64,000 nucleotides of DNA, taken from NCBI GenBank assembly GCA_052033915.1, contig JBPOJF010000010.1, forward strand, positions 69,566 to 133,565, in the 5' to 3' direction. Positions 48,541 through 58,416 of the stretch are shown piece after piece. The notes beneath the pieces were generated by a model. That model had not been told where the DNA came from. It saw only the letters and a program-made list of their open reading frames with translations, and did no database searches. Within the stretch, counting starts at the first letter, position 1; each line of letters starts with the position of its first letter. The stretch is from Lentisphaerota bacterium. Lineage in GTDB: Bacteria > Verrucomicrobiota > Kiritimatiellia > CAIQIC01 > JAGNIJ01. Made by a program: the position numbers and the translations under genes.

Positions 48541-49161
48541 TTGAAACGGATCCTGGCGGGTTTTCTAAGTATGATTCTGATGGCGGTGTCCGGCGTTTTT
48601 GCCGAGGAAGCTGCGGCGCCGGCCCAGCCGGGAGCCGGCAAGTCGATAGCCTTTGTCGCCGTCGGTCCCGTGGATTCGGCTCTGATGGATCGCGTGCTGG
48701 CGTTTGCCAAGGAAAACACGGGCTTTAAATTCCGCGTGGTCCCGGCGCTCGAGTCGTCCGGCGAAACGCTGGACGCGATCGCGGCGGAGGCTGGAAAGGT
48801 CCTGACGGCCGACGACGCGGTGCTGATCGTGCTCGCGAATCCCGCGGCCGATATCAAGCCGCACGGCGCTTTCTTCCCGGAACAGCGTGTCGCGGTGGTC
48901 AATCTCAAGTCGCTGAAGCCGGCCGTGGATGACGCCGAGGTGTACGGCCGCCGGGCGGATCGGGGAGTGATGCAGAGCATCGGCATGCTCCTGGGCGTGC
49001 CGTCGTGCCCGAATCCGCAGTGCGCCATGTGGCAGTACACGACAGACGAGGAACTGGACAGCAAGGGTCGAAACTACTGTCCTCCCTGCATGGGCGTGAT
49101 CCAGAAGGCCGCCGAGGATAAAGGCGTGGGCATGGAGCCCATCCCAGTGGCCCCGCTCTAA
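48541..49161 (+). CDS. Exported archaemetzincin-like (M54) protein lacking catalytic Zn ligands
   Basis: GGAGG RBS then TTG 48541; signal peptide; VMQSIGMLLGVPSCPNPQCAM...DSKGRNYCPPC aligns by eye to HExxHxxGxxHCxxxxCxM...DxK...CxxC. Confidence 0.7.
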   Translation: MKRILAGFLSMILMAVSGVFAEEAAAPAQPGAGKSIAFVAVGPVDSALMDRVLAFAKENTGFKFRVVPALESSGETLDAIAAEAGKVLTADDAVLIVLANPAADIKPHGAFFPEQRVAVVNLKSLKPAVDDAEVYGRRADRGVMQSIGMLLGVPSCPNPQCAMWQYTTDEELDSKGRNYCPPCMGVIQKAAEDKGVGMEPIPVAPL

Positions 49162-49182
49162 TGCGTTTCCCGAAAGAATCCC

Positions 49183-50448
49183 ATGCTCGACATCAAGTTC
49201 ATCCGCGACCATGAAGCCGATGTGCGTCGCGCCCTCCAGGCGCGCGGCGCAACGGCCGATCTCGATGCGGTGATTGCGCTCGACAAGGAGCGCCGCGCGC
49301 TGGTCTCGCAGGTCGAAGTTCTGAAGAACCGCCGGAACGTGGTTTCGAAGGAGATCGGCGCGCTGAAAAAGGCGGGCCGGGACGCCGCCGACATGCAGAA
49401 GGCCATGCGCGAGGTCGGCGAAGAGATCGCAGCCACGGATCAGCGGATTCGCGAGGTCGAGGAAAAGCTGGGCGGTGCGCTTCTGTACTTTCCGAACCTG
49501 CCCCACACGAGCGTTCCCGTGGGCGCGGACGCGTCGGGCAACCAGGTCGTGCGGCAGCATGGCGAGCCGCGCCATTTTGACTACCCGGCGAAACCGCATT
49601 GGGAAATCGGCGCGAAACTGGGAATCCTGGACATGGAGCGGGCGGCCCGCATGTCCGGTTCAGGGTTCATTCTCATGGCGGGCCTGGGGTCGCGCCTCCA
49701 GCGCGCACTCATCCAGTTCATGCTCGACCTGCATGTCAACGAGCACGGCTACAAGGAAGTGTGGCCGCCGTTCGTCGTCAATGCCTCGTCCATGCGGGGG
49801 ACGGGGCAGCTTCCGAAATTTGCCGAGGAGCTTTACCATGTTCCCTCGGACGACCTGTACCTTATCCCGACCGCCGAAGTGCCGGTAACCAATATGTATC
49901 GCGACGAGATGATCAAGGATCCTCTGCCCATTTATCTGACGGCCTATACGCCATGCTTCCGACGCGAAGCGGGCGCGGCCGGCAAGGAAACTCGCGGCAT
50001 GATTCGCGTCCACCAGTTCGACAAGGTCGAGATGGTCAAGTTCGTCGAGCCCGAGAACTCGTACGACGAACTGGAGAAGCTTGTGCAGAACGCTGAGGAT
50101 GTGCTCCAGCGGCTCGGTCTGACCTACCGCGTGGTTCTTCTCTGCACCGGAGACATGGGGTTCGGCGCGGCGAAGTGTTACGATATCGAGATCTGGGCGC
50201 CCGGCCAGAACGCGTGGCTGGAGGTCTCCTCGTGCAGCAACTTCGAGGACTTCCAGGCCCGCCGCGCGCAGATTCGCTATCGCAACAAGGACGGCAAAGT
50301 CGCGCTCGTTCACACGTTGAACGGCTCCGGCGTCGCCTTGCCCCGTCTCATCGTTGCGTTGCTGGAGAACTACCAGCAGGCCGACGGCACCGTGCGGCTG
50401 CCCGAGGCGCTCTGGCCGTACATGGGCGGAGTCCAGCGGCTGGAATAA
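49183..50448 (+). CDS. serS: Seryl-tRNA synthetase
   Basis: MLDIKFIR, LIPTAEVP, FRREAG, RVHQFDKVE, EVSSCSN, TLNGSG. Confidence 0.98.
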   Translation: MLDIKFIRDHEADVRRALQARGATADLDAVIALDKERRALVSQVEVLKNRRNVVSKEIGALKKAGRDAADMQKAMREVGEEIAATDQRIREVEEKLGGALLYFPNLPHTSVPVGADASGNQVVRQHGEPRHFDYPAKPHWEIGAKLGILDMERAARMSGSGFILMAGLGSRLQRALIQFMLDLHVNEHGYKEVWPPFVVNASSMRGTGQLPKFAEELYHVPSDDLYLIPTAEVPVTNMYRDEMIKDPLPIYLTAYTPCFRREAGAAGKETRGMIRVHQFDKVEMVKFVEPENSYDELEKLVQNAEDVLQRLGLTYRVVLLCTGDMGFGAAKCYDIEIWAPGQNAWLEVSSCSNFEDFQARRAQIRYRNKDGKVALVHTLNGSGVALPRLIVALLENYQQADGTVRLPEALWPYMGGVQRLE

Positions 50449-50510
50449 ACGGTCGTCGTCCTCGCTCTCAAAGTCGCGGCTCACAATCAACTCCTCTTCG
50501 CACCCTCGAT

Positions 50511-50542
50511 CCCATCCCACACTTTATAAAGTGTGGGATGGG
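50511..50542. repeat. Perfect 32-bp palindrome with no spacer
   Basis: cccatcccacactttataaagtgtgggatggg is its own reverse complement. Confidence 0.95.
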
Positions 50543-50580
50543 GTGGGGTCGCTTTCTTCATTGACCCCTCTCCGTGAAGC

Positions 50581-51990
50581 ATGAACCATGGTTCGATGCT
50601 TCGCACGGTCCAGCACACGATTCGAAAGCATGCTCTTCTTCGGGAGGGCGATCACGTGCTGATCGCCGTATCCGGCGGGGCCGATTCCGTGGCTCTTGTC
50701 TACGCGCTTCACTTCCTGAAAAAGCGGTACGGCATTTCGATCACGCTGGCGCACCTGAACCACGGGATTCGGGGCCGCGCGGCGGACCAGGACGCCGTCT
50801 TTGTCCGGGAACTGGCGTGGCGGCTGAACCTGCGGTGCGAGCAGGGACGGGCGGATATCCCGCGCATGGCGAAGGAGCGGGGCGTTTCGCTGGAGATGGC
50901 GGCCCGGCAATCGCGGTACGAGTTCCTGACCCGAACCGCGCGGGCGGTGGGGGCGAACTGCGTCGCAACGGCGCACACGGCGGACGACCAGGTGGAGACG
51001 GTCCTGCTCAAGCTGACGCGCGGCGCCGGCCCGCAGGGCGTCACCGGAATTCCCTACTGCGCTGAAAGGCACGGCGTTCGCGTCGTTCGGCCATGCCGCG
51101 ATGTCACGCATACGGAGGCGGTTCGCTTCCTGCGCCGCCACGGCCTAGCCTGGCGCGAGGACAAGAGCAACCTGGATATGACGTTCCTGAGGAACCGGGT
51201 CCGGCGCCAGGTTCTGCCTCTGCTGGAATCCAAGCTGAACCCTCAGGTGCGCCGGGCGATCCTGCGAACGGCGGAACTGTTGCGAGAGGAGAACGAGTGG
51301 CTGGACTCGATCGCCCGCGGACTGTGGAGCGAATGTGCAGGGGGGGCGAAAAGGAACGAGTTGAACGTCGAGAAGCTGAACGGCTTGCCGCTGGCGGCGC
51401 GCAGGCGGATTCTCCGGCTATGGCTGGTGGCCGGCGGCGTGGATGCCGACCCGCTTGGGTTCGAGGCGATTGAGAACATCGAGAGACTCCTTGCCGCGCC
51501 GCGCGGCACGCGGGCCGTGCCCGTCTCCGGTGGGGTGCGCGTTGTGTGTCGATACGGGAAACTTGTTCTTGAAAAGGGCCCGGTTGTCGCGGGCGGGGCA
51601 TTCCGTGAACGGGTGGCCGTGCCGGGCGAGACCGTCCTTCCGGATCACGGCCTGCGGATCGTCACGAAGCGGGCGACCGGCATTATCCGCAAGAGAGGCG
51701 TTCGGACGGGGCATCTGCCCGCTGCGGCTTCGATCGGCGGGAAGGTGTCAGCCCTTTATGTGCGCTCCTGGAAACCCGGCGACAGGATAAAGCCCTTCGG
51801 CATGAAAGGCACGCGCAAGCTGCAGGACCTTTTCGTGGATCAGAAGGTTCCGCGCGACCGCAGGGATCGCATTCCGGTCTTCGAATGCCGGGGTGAAATC
51901 GTCTGGATTCCCGGCTACCGCATCGCCCGCGGTTGGGAGGTCCGAAATCCGCGCTCTCCGTCTCTTCACATCTACGTCCGACAGGTTTAA
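50581..51990 (+). CDS. tilS: tRNA(Ile)-lysidine synthetase
   Basis: SGGADS, HLNHGIR, AHTADDQVET, RNRVR, C-terminal GD.IKPFGM domain. Confidence 0.96.
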   Translation: MNHGSMLRTVQHTIRKHALLREGDHVLIAVSGGADSVALVYALHFLKKRYGISITLAHLNHGIRGRAADQDAVFVRELAWRLNLRCEQGRADIPRMAKERGVSLEMAARQSRYEFLTRTARAVGANCVATAHTADDQVETVLLKLTRGAGPQGVTGIPYCAERHGVRVVRPCRDVTHTEAVRFLRRHGLAWREDKSNLDMTFLRNRVRRQVLPLLESKLNPQVRRAILRTAELLREENEWLDSIARGLWSECAGGAKRNELNVEKLNGLPLAARRRILRLWLVAGGVDADPLGFEAIENIERLLAAPRGTRAVPVSGGVRVVCRYGKLVLEKGPVVAGGAFRERVAVPGETVLPDHGLRIVTKRATGIIRKRGVRTGHLPAAASIGGKVSALYVRSWKPGDRIKPFGMKGTRKLQDLFVDQKVPRDRRDRIPVFECRGEIVWIPGYRIARGWEVRNPRSPSLHIYVRQV

Positions 51991-52006
51991 TCCGGCCATT
52001 CCCCCG

Positions 52007-52035
52007 TTGCAATGTTCTCGGCAGGGTGTTAGTTT
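52007..52035 (+). promoter_or_regulatory. Sigma70 promoter for ftsH
   Basis: TTGCAA (52007-12) N17 TAGTTT (52030-35). Confidence 0.5.
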
Positions 52036-52078
52036 ATCCCATTCCGGTGATTCACGCGCAGGTGTTATCAGAGGTGTT

Positions 52079-54046
52079 ATGGAAATCAACCGCAAAGATC
52101 CAAGCCTGAACAAGATGGGCGTGCCGATGCGCGGCATGGCGCTCTGGTTCCTTTTACTCGCGCTTTTTTTGATGATTTTCCAGATGTTCTCCCAGCAGCA
52201 GGAGCGGTATCAGAAGGTTGCGTACAGCGACTTCAGCCAACTGATTCGCGAGGGCAAGGTTCGCAAATGCGAAATCGTGAACGAGGCGTCGGGGCTTCAG
52301 TACTACGTGCGCGGGGAACTGGTGGACCTGGACTCCAAGACGGGGCGTCCGAAGAAGTTCAAGGTGGATGTCCTGAGCCTGGAGAATCTGCAGAACATGC
52401 TGGACGAGCACAAGGTATTCTACTCGATCAAGTCCCAGAATCCGATTCTCTGGCAGGTAATTTCGAGCGCGGTCCCGTTTATCCTGGTGCTGGGCCTGCT
52501 CTACTTCCTGTTCATCCGTCAGATGCGTTCGGCGGGCCGCGGGGCGATGAGTTTCGGCAAGAGCCGTGCCCGATTGATGACCCGCGACAAGAACAAGATC
52601 ACGTTCGATGATGTCGCCGGCGTGGACGAGGCGAAGGAGGAAGTGCAGGAGATCGTCGAGTTCCTGAAGGATCCCAAGCGCTTCCAGCGGCTGGGCGGGC
52701 GGATCCCGAAAGGCGTCCTGCTGGTAGGGCCTCCAGGCACGGGAAAGACCCTGCTCGCGAAGGCGATCGCCGGGGAGGCGCAGGTGCCGTTCTTCAGCAT
52801 CAGCGGCTCGGACTTCGTGGAGATGTTTGTTGGCGTCGGGGCGTCCCGCGTGCGGGATATGTTCGAGCAGGGGAAGAAGAGCGCGCCCTGCATCATTTTC
52901 ATCGATGAAATCGACGCCGTGGGCCGGAGCCGGTTCAGCGGCATCGGCGGAGGGCACGACGAGCGGGAGCAGACCCTCAATGCGCTGCTGGTGGAAATGG
53001 ACGGGTTCGACACGCAGGAAGGCGTGATCATCATCGCCGCCACGAACCGGCCGGATGTCCTCGATCCGGCGCTCCTGCGGCCGGGCCGGTTCGACCGGCA
53101 GATTGTGATCGATCTGCCGTCGCTCGACGGGCGCGAGGCAATTCTGAAGATTCATTCGCGGCGCGTGAAGCTTGCATCGGGCGCGGATCTGCGGCGGATC
53201 GCGCGCGGTACGCCGGGTTTCTCGGGCGCGGATCTCTCCAACCTGATTAATGAGGCGGCGCTCCTGGCCGCGCGGCGGAATGCCGAGGCTGTTGAGATCC
53301 AGGACATGGAGGAGGCCCGGGACAAGGTGCGCTGGGGACGCGAGCGCAGGAGCCGCGTGATGGACGACAAGGAGAAACGTCTCACGGCGTACCATGAAGC
53401 CGGACACGCCATCGTGCTTCAGCTTGTGGAGGAGAGCGAGCCCCTGCACAAGGTGACGATCATTCCTCGCGGCGCGTCCCTGGGTGCGACCATGCAATTG
53501 CCCGAGAAGGACCGGTACACGGAAAGCCGCAGGAAACTGTTAAGCATGTTGACCGGGCTCATGGGCGGGCGCACGGCGGAGGAATTGGTTTTCGGCGATA
53601 TCACGACCGGCGCGCACAGCGATATCCGGCAGGCGTCGAATATCGCGCGCATGATGGTGTGCGAATGGGGCATGAGCCAGACGCTCGGCCCGCAGAGCTT
53701 CGGCGAGCGGGAAGAACTGCTGTTCCTCGGACGCGAGGTGTCGCGCAGCCAGTCGTTCAGCGAGGAGACGGCGCGGCGGATCGACGAGGAAGTCAGCCGC
53801 ATCATCCGCGAGTGCCACGACAAGGCGCTCGATATTCTCCGGCAGAATCGCGAGAAGCTGGACACCCTGGCCCATCTTCTTCTGGAGCGCGAAACGCTGG
53901 ATGGCCGGGATGTCGAGGAAATCGTGGAGCACGGGAGAATTCTCTCGGAGGTTGAACGTGCGGAAGCGGATGCCCGGGAGGCTGAAGGAAAGCCGGAGGC
54001 GGGCGACCCGCCGGTTTCCGAGTCGTCCGGCCCGTTGCCGGCGTAG
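52079..54046 (+). CDS. ftsH: ATP-dependent zinc metalloprotease FtsH
   Basis: Two TMs; [39 protein letters not shown]. Confidence 0.98.
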   Translation: MEINRKDPSLNKMGVPMRGMALWFLLLALFLMIFQMFSQQQERYQKVAYSDFSQLIREGKVRKCEIVNEASGLQYYVRGELVDLDSKTGRPKKFKVDVLSLENLQNMLDEHKVFYSIKSQNPILWQVISSAVPFILVLGLLYFLFIRQMRSAGRGAMSFGKSRARLMTRDKNKITFDDVAGVDEAKEEVQEIVEFLKDPKRFQRLGGRIPKGVLLVGPPGTGKTLLAKAIAGEAQVPFFSISGSDFVEMFVGVGASRVRDMFEQGKKSAPCIIFIDEIDAVGRSRFSGIGGGHDEREQTLNALLVEMDGFDTQEGVIIIAATNRPDVLDPALLRPGRFDRQIVIDLPSLDGREAILKIHSRRVKLASGADLRRIARGTPGFSGADLSNLINEAALLAARRNAEAVEIQDMEEARDKVRWGRERRSRVMDDKEKRLTAYHEAGHAIVLQLVEESEPLHKVTIIPRGASLGATMQLPEKDRYTESRRKLLSMLTGLMGGRTAEELVFGDITTGAHSDIRQASNIARMMVCEWGMSQTLGPQSFGEREELLFLGREVSRSQSFSEETARRIDEEVSRIIRECHDKALDILRQNREKLDTLAHLLLERETLDGRDVEEIVEHGRILSEVERAEADAREAEGKPEAGDPPVSESSGPLPA

Positions 54047-54079
54047 TCCTTCAAGGTTCCGCGTCACAGGACACTTTCG

Positions 54080-54958
54080 ATGAGCATGAATCAGACAACC
54101 CCTTTGTTCTGGCAGTGCCGTGATCGGCGTATCGAGTTTGGAGAGCGGGCACGGATCATGGGGATCCTCAATGTGACGCCGGATTCGTTCTCCGATGGCG
54201 GCCGTTTTTTCGACGCCCGACTGGCCGTCGAGCACGGCCTGCAGATGGCGCGCGACGGCGCGGACATGATCGACATCGGGGGGGAATCGACCCGGCCGGG
54301 GTCTGACCCGGTTCCGGTCGAGGAGGAGTTGAAGCGGGTCGTTCCCGTGATCAGGGCCTTGAGCGGGGAGACGGACTGCCTGTTGTCGGTGGATACGCGG
54401 AAGGCCCGCGTGGCCGAGGCCTCTCTTGCCGCCGGGGCGCACGTTATCAACGATATCACCGCGCTGACCCATGATCCGGCCATGCCGTCCGTGGTGCGGG
54501 ACCAGGGCGCGGGCGTGATTCTGATGCACATGCGCGGCGACCCGAAGACCATGCAACTGGCTCCGGAGTACGGGAATGTGGTCAAAGAGGTGGCGGACTA
54601 TCTCGAACAGCGGATCCGGGATTTGGAAGGGGTGGGGCTGTCGAGATACAGCCTTGCCGTGGACCCGGGGCTCGGGTTCGGAAAGACGGTGGAGCATAAT
54701 GTCAGCCTGATTGCGCGCACGGATTATCTTTCCCGTTTTGGCCGGCCGGTGGTCATTGGCCTTTCCCGCAAGAGCTTCATCGGGAAGATCACGGGCCGGG
54801 AGGTGCACGACCGTCTGCCGGGCTGTCTGGCGGCGACGGCGTACGTCATTCAGCGGGGCGCGCACGTGATTCGCGTGCACGATGTAAAGGAGTCTTGCGA
54901 TGTGGCTCGTCTCATGGATATCTTGAGACGAGAGGAAGCGCGTGACGTCGATGTTTAG
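54080..54958 (+). CDS. folP: Dihydropteroate synthase
   Basis: MGILNVTPDSFSDGG, GGESTRPG, DPGLGFGK, SRKSF, RVHDV. Confidence 0.97.
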   Translation: MSMNQTTPLFWQCRDRRIEFGERARIMGILNVTPDSFSDGGRFFDARLAVEHGLQMARDGADMIDIGGESTRPGSDPVPVEEELKRVVPVIRALSGETDCLLSVDTRKARVAEASLAAGAHVINDITALTHDPAMPSVVRDQGAGVILMHMRGDPKTMQLAPEYGNVVKEVADYLEQRIRDLEGVGLSRYSLAVDPGLGFGKTVEHNVSLIARTDYLSRFGRPVVIGLSRKSFIGKITGREVHDRLPGCLAATAYVIQRGAHVIRVHDVKESCDVARLMDILRREEARDVDV

Positions 54959-55811
54959 CCAAATCCATGTTCCGAGCCTGTCCGGCTTGATCGAGATCCT
55001 CGTCCTGGCGGTTTTTTTCTACTACATCATCCTCTTCTTTCGCGGCACCCGAAGCGCGCAGGTCATGCTGGGACTTACCTTCGTCCTGGTCACGCTCATG
55101 GTTCTCACCCAGTTGTTCCATCTCGACGCCGTGAACTGGCTTCTCAAGCGCTTCTCGGTTTACCTGGCGATTGCGTTCGTGATCATCTTCCAGCCGGAAA
55201 TCCGGCGGGCGCTGGCCGAACTCGGCAAACAACACGTCTTCACCACAGCCCGCGAGCGCACGCTCGTGGACCAGATTGTGCAGGCGGTCAACCTGCTGGC
55301 TGAGCGAAAGATCGGGGCACTGATTGCCGTGGAGCGTGAAATCGGCACGCGAACCACGCAGGAGACGGGCACGAAGATCGACAGCCTGGTCACGCCCGAA
55401 CTGCTGGCGAGTATCTTCTATCCCCATACGCCTCTGCACGACGGCGGTTTGATCATCAAGGAAGACCGGATCGTCGCGGCGGGCTGCCTGTTTCCCTTGT
55501 CCCAGCGACAGGAGTTGAGCAAAGCACTGGGGACGCGGCATCGGGCGGCGATCGGCCTGACGGAGGAAACGGACGCGATCGTGGTCGTGGTTTCCGAGGA
55601 GACAGGGACGATTTCCGTGGCCTACAAGGGCCGGTTGAGCCAGGGGCTGGATGAAGACCGCCTGCGGCGCGTTTTGTCGGCCGTTCTGCTGAAAAGCCAG
55701 AAGGCCAGAAACCGCTGGACGCGGGCCCGGGAGCAGATGGACTTGACGCCCGAGGGCGTCGCGAAGACGGACTCGATCATGGCGGAGGAGTTCGAGAACA
55801 ATGGCAAGTAA
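54942..55811 (+). CDS. cdaA: Diadenylate cyclase CdaA
   Basis: Three TMs, IIFQPEIRRAL, PLHDG, GTRHRAAIG, VSEETG. Confidence 0.95.
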   Translation: MTSMFSQIHVPSLSGLIEILVLAVFFYYIILFFRGTRSAQVMLGLTFVLVTLMVLTQLFHLDAVNWLLKRFSVYLAIAFVIIFQPEIRRALAELGKQHVFTTARERTLVDQIVQAVNLLAERKIGALIAVEREIGTRTTQETGTKIDSLVTPELLASIFYPHTPLHDGGLIIKEDRIVAAGCLFPLSQRQELSKALGTRHRAAIGLTEETDAIVVVVSEETGTISVAYKGRLSQGLDEDRLRRVLSAVLLKSQKARNRWTRAREQMDLTPEGVAKTDSIMAEEFENNGK

Positions 55812-56757
55812 GTTTGAAGGCCTGTCGCAGTTTGTGCTGCACAACAAGGGGCTGAAACTTGCGGCCCTGGTCATCGCGTTTGTGACCTGGTACGCGATCC
55901 GGTCGATCATCAATTTTGAAACGGTGATTCCGGACGTTCCGATTACCATCCAGATGAATCCCGGGTGGGCGATCCTGGACCGGTCCGTCCAGACCGTGGA
56001 CGTACTGTTCCGCGGCTCGCAGGAGGACATCCGGTACCTGAACAGGGATCAGATCACCGTGGAAGCGGATATTCGCGGGAAGCCTTTTGCGGGCGCCCTG
56101 AACGTGAAACTTCAGCCGAAGAACGTGCAGGCTCCGGGCGCCGTGCGCGCGATCATGATCTGGCCGGACGAGGTCACGCTGAAACTGGATCAGGAGAGTG
56201 AGAAGCTGGTGCCGGTCAAAGCGAACCTGCAGGGCGCCGTCCTGGAGGGCTATGAAGTGGACAAGGTCGAATGCACGCCGGCGTCCGTCCTCCTGCAGGG
56301 AGCGCGCCAGCGATTGGATGAGGTCTCCGCGGTTCGCACCGAGCCGATCGATCTCGAGGACCGGGTTCGTTCGTTCCAGAAACTCAAAATGCCGATTGTA
56401 TTGCCGGGCGAGAACTGGGTCGGACGCGTCAGTCCGGGCCATGTGGCGGTCGAAGTCACGATCGTGGAGCGTTCGGCCACGCGGGAGTTCCGGGATGTGC
56501 CGGTTCGCGTGCTGGTTTCGCCGGGGCTGGGCGGGCCGAAACTGGAGATATGGCCTGTGACGGTGAACGTCGTGCTGAAGGGGGTGGCGAAATCCCTTGA
56601 AGACATGTCGCCCAGGGATGTCGAGGCGTCCGTCGACTGTTCCGAGTTGCAGGCGGGGGCTTCGTACGATTTGCCTGTGAGAGTCCACGCCTTGCCCGGC
56701 GTTTCCGCCATCAGCGTGGAGCCGCCGACTGTAAAAATCACTGCGGGAGATTTGTAG
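55801..56757 (+). CDS. cdaR: CdaR/YbbR-domain protein
   Basis: HNKGLKLAAL..A..W TM motif, repeated YbbR-like beta domains, directly after cdaA. Confidence 0.85.
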   Translation: MASKFEGLSQFVLHNKGLKLAALVIAFVTWYAIRSIINFETVIPDVPITIQMNPGWAILDRSVQTVDVLFRGSQEDIRYLNRDQITVEADIRGKPFAGALNVKLQPKNVQAPGAVRAIMIWPDEVTLKLDQESEKLVPVKANLQGAVLEGYEVDKVECTPASVLLQGARQRLDEVSAVRTEPIDLEDRVRSFQKLKMPIVLPGENWVGRVSPGHVAVEVTIVERSATREFRDVPVRVLVSPGLGGPKLEIWPVTVNVVLKGVAKSLEDMSPRDVEASVDCSELQAGASYDLPVRVHALPGVSAISVEPPTVKITAGDL

Positions 56758-56758
56758 G

Positions 56759-57487
56759 ATGAGATGGTTGCTCCTCGCCTTGTTGGCCGCTTGGGGCGCA
56801 TCGGCGGCGGTCGCCGCGCAGCCGGCCTCGGCGCCGAAACAGAATCTGCCGTTGAATCCGAACTCTGTCGTTGCCGCGAAGACCAATGCGGCGCATGTTG
56901 CTGTTCGTCCGGCCACTCCGGCGGTCACGAACGCAGCGGCCGGCGCCGGTGCGGTGAAGACGACGGGGGAGGACGAGATCAACAAGCAAATCGACAAGGC
57001 ATACTTCCGGGTCCAAAGCGGCGGTGTCCAGGATGCCGTGAGCTTGTTCCATGCCGTTCTCAAGAAGGACCCCGACAACAAGCGGGCGCGTTTTGGTCTC
57101 GGCACGGCGTACATCCAGCTTCAGAACTACAAGAAAGCCCTTGCCATGCTGGAGCCGATGGCCGACGAATTCCCTGAGGACTACTTCCTCAAGAATAACA
57201 TTGCCTGGCTTTACGCCACGGCCAAGGACGTCTCGATCCGGAACGGGGCCAAGGCGGTCCGGTACGCGCAGGAAGCTCTCTTGATGGCGCCCAGGGATCC
57301 GCATGTGTGGAGCACGTTGTCCGAGGGCTATTACATTTCGGGCCAATACGACAAGGCCCTGCGAGCCGCCGAGGAAGCCTTGAAGCTGGGCATGGAGTCG
57401 GCCGCCGGCGCCGAGGGCGTCGAGGAATACAGGCGGCAGGTTGAAAAAAACAGAAGGGCGTCCCACGTCATGTCCGTCCTGGAGTAA
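56759..57487 (+). CDS. Exported TPR protein
   Basis: Signal peptide; NNIAWLYAT and AVRYAQEA TPR motifs. Confidence 0.8.
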   Translation: MRWLLLALLAAWGASAAVAAQPASAPKQNLPLNPNSVVAAKTNAAHVAVRPATPAVTNAAAGAGAVKTTGEDEINKQIDKAYFRVQSGGVQDAVSLFHAVLKKDPDNKRARFGLGTAYIQLQNYKKALAMLEPMADEFPEDYFLKNNIAWLYATAKDVSIRNGAKAVRYAQEALLMAPRDPHVWSTLSEGYYISGQYDKALRAAEEALKLGMESAAGAEGVEEYRRQVEKNRRASHVMSVLE

Positions 57488-57495
57488 ATTACTTT

Positions 57496-58128
57496 ATGAA
57501 AAGCGCATCTATCGGTGTTCTGCTCCTGCTGGCCCTGTGTCTTTCTTCCGTCGCACAAACCCCGGCGACCGGCGCCGTCGTGAACCTGGGCGCGGTACAG
57601 GTGGATGCTCAAACGAAGACAATGACGGTCTCGGGCTGGGTCAACCAGGTTTGGGGCGCGATCGAGTTGCTGGCCTGCGGGCCCGGCGGGAAAACGCACG
57701 AGAGCGCGTTTGTCCTGCAATGCAACCCGGCGGACATGCAGGCGGGACTGCTCCTTATGGGACTCAAGCCGGGGACCCCGCCGACGGGGCTCGGGCAGGG
57801 CCAGCCGAAAGGAACGGAACTGGATATCTGGGTGGACTGGCTGGAGGGCTCAACAGCAAGGAGCCTTCGGGCGGAGAGCTTCGTGGTCAACGTGGAGAAC
57901 GACCGCCAACCGTTGCCCGAGACGCCGTGGATTTTCACCGGCTCCGTGTTCGAAGAAGGCGAGTTCAAAGCCCTGGCCGAGGAAAGCCTGATTGTCACGT
58001 ATTGGGATCCGTGGGCGATCATCAACCTGCCGTTGCCCTGCGGCTCGAACGACGAGATTCTGAGCGTCAACACCAACTGCATTCCGCCGCTGAAGACGCC
58101 GGTGACTTTTCGGATCCGGGCCCGATGA
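57496..58128 (+). CDS. YdjY-domain exported protein
   Basis: Signal peptide; ELLAC...GKTHES, AGLLLMGLKPG, WIFTGS. Confidence 0.7.
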   Translation: MKSASIGVLLLLALCLSSVAQTPATGAVVNLGAVQVDAQTKTMTVSGWVNQVWGAIELLACGPGGKTHESAFVLQCNPADMQAGLLLMGLKPGTPPTGLGQGQPKGTELDIWVDWLEGSTARSLRAESFVVNVENDRQPLPETPWIFTGSVFEEGEFKALAEESLIVTYWDPWAIINLPLPCGSNDEILSVNTNCIPPLKTPVTFRIRAR

Positions 58129-58194
58129 GGCCGCCGCAGCTTGAATGTTGACCCTCCATGAGGGAGGATAAGACACCATCGCAAGGGGAATCAT

Positions 58195-58416
58195 ATGAAA
58201 GAAAAAGTAAAAGCCTTTATTGAAGAAGTCCGGCCGTACATTCAGTCGCATGGCGGCGACGTGGAATTCGTGAGCCTGGAGGGGAATACCGTCCGGCTCA
58301 AGCTGTTGGGCGCCTGCCGGTCGTGTCCGGGCGCCGTCATGACCCTTCATCACGGCATCGAAGCACAGCTCCGGGAAACCGTCAGTCCGGATCTGGTGGT
58401 GGAACGGGTTCCGTAG
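58195..58416 (+). CDS. NifU C-terminal-like Fe-S carrier
   Basis: VRPYIQSHGGDVE, GACRSC, TLHHGIE. Confidence 0.92.
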   Translation: MKEKVKAFIEEVRPYIQSHGGDVEFVSLEGNTVRLKLLGACRSCPGAVMTLHHGIEAQLRETVSPDLVVERVP

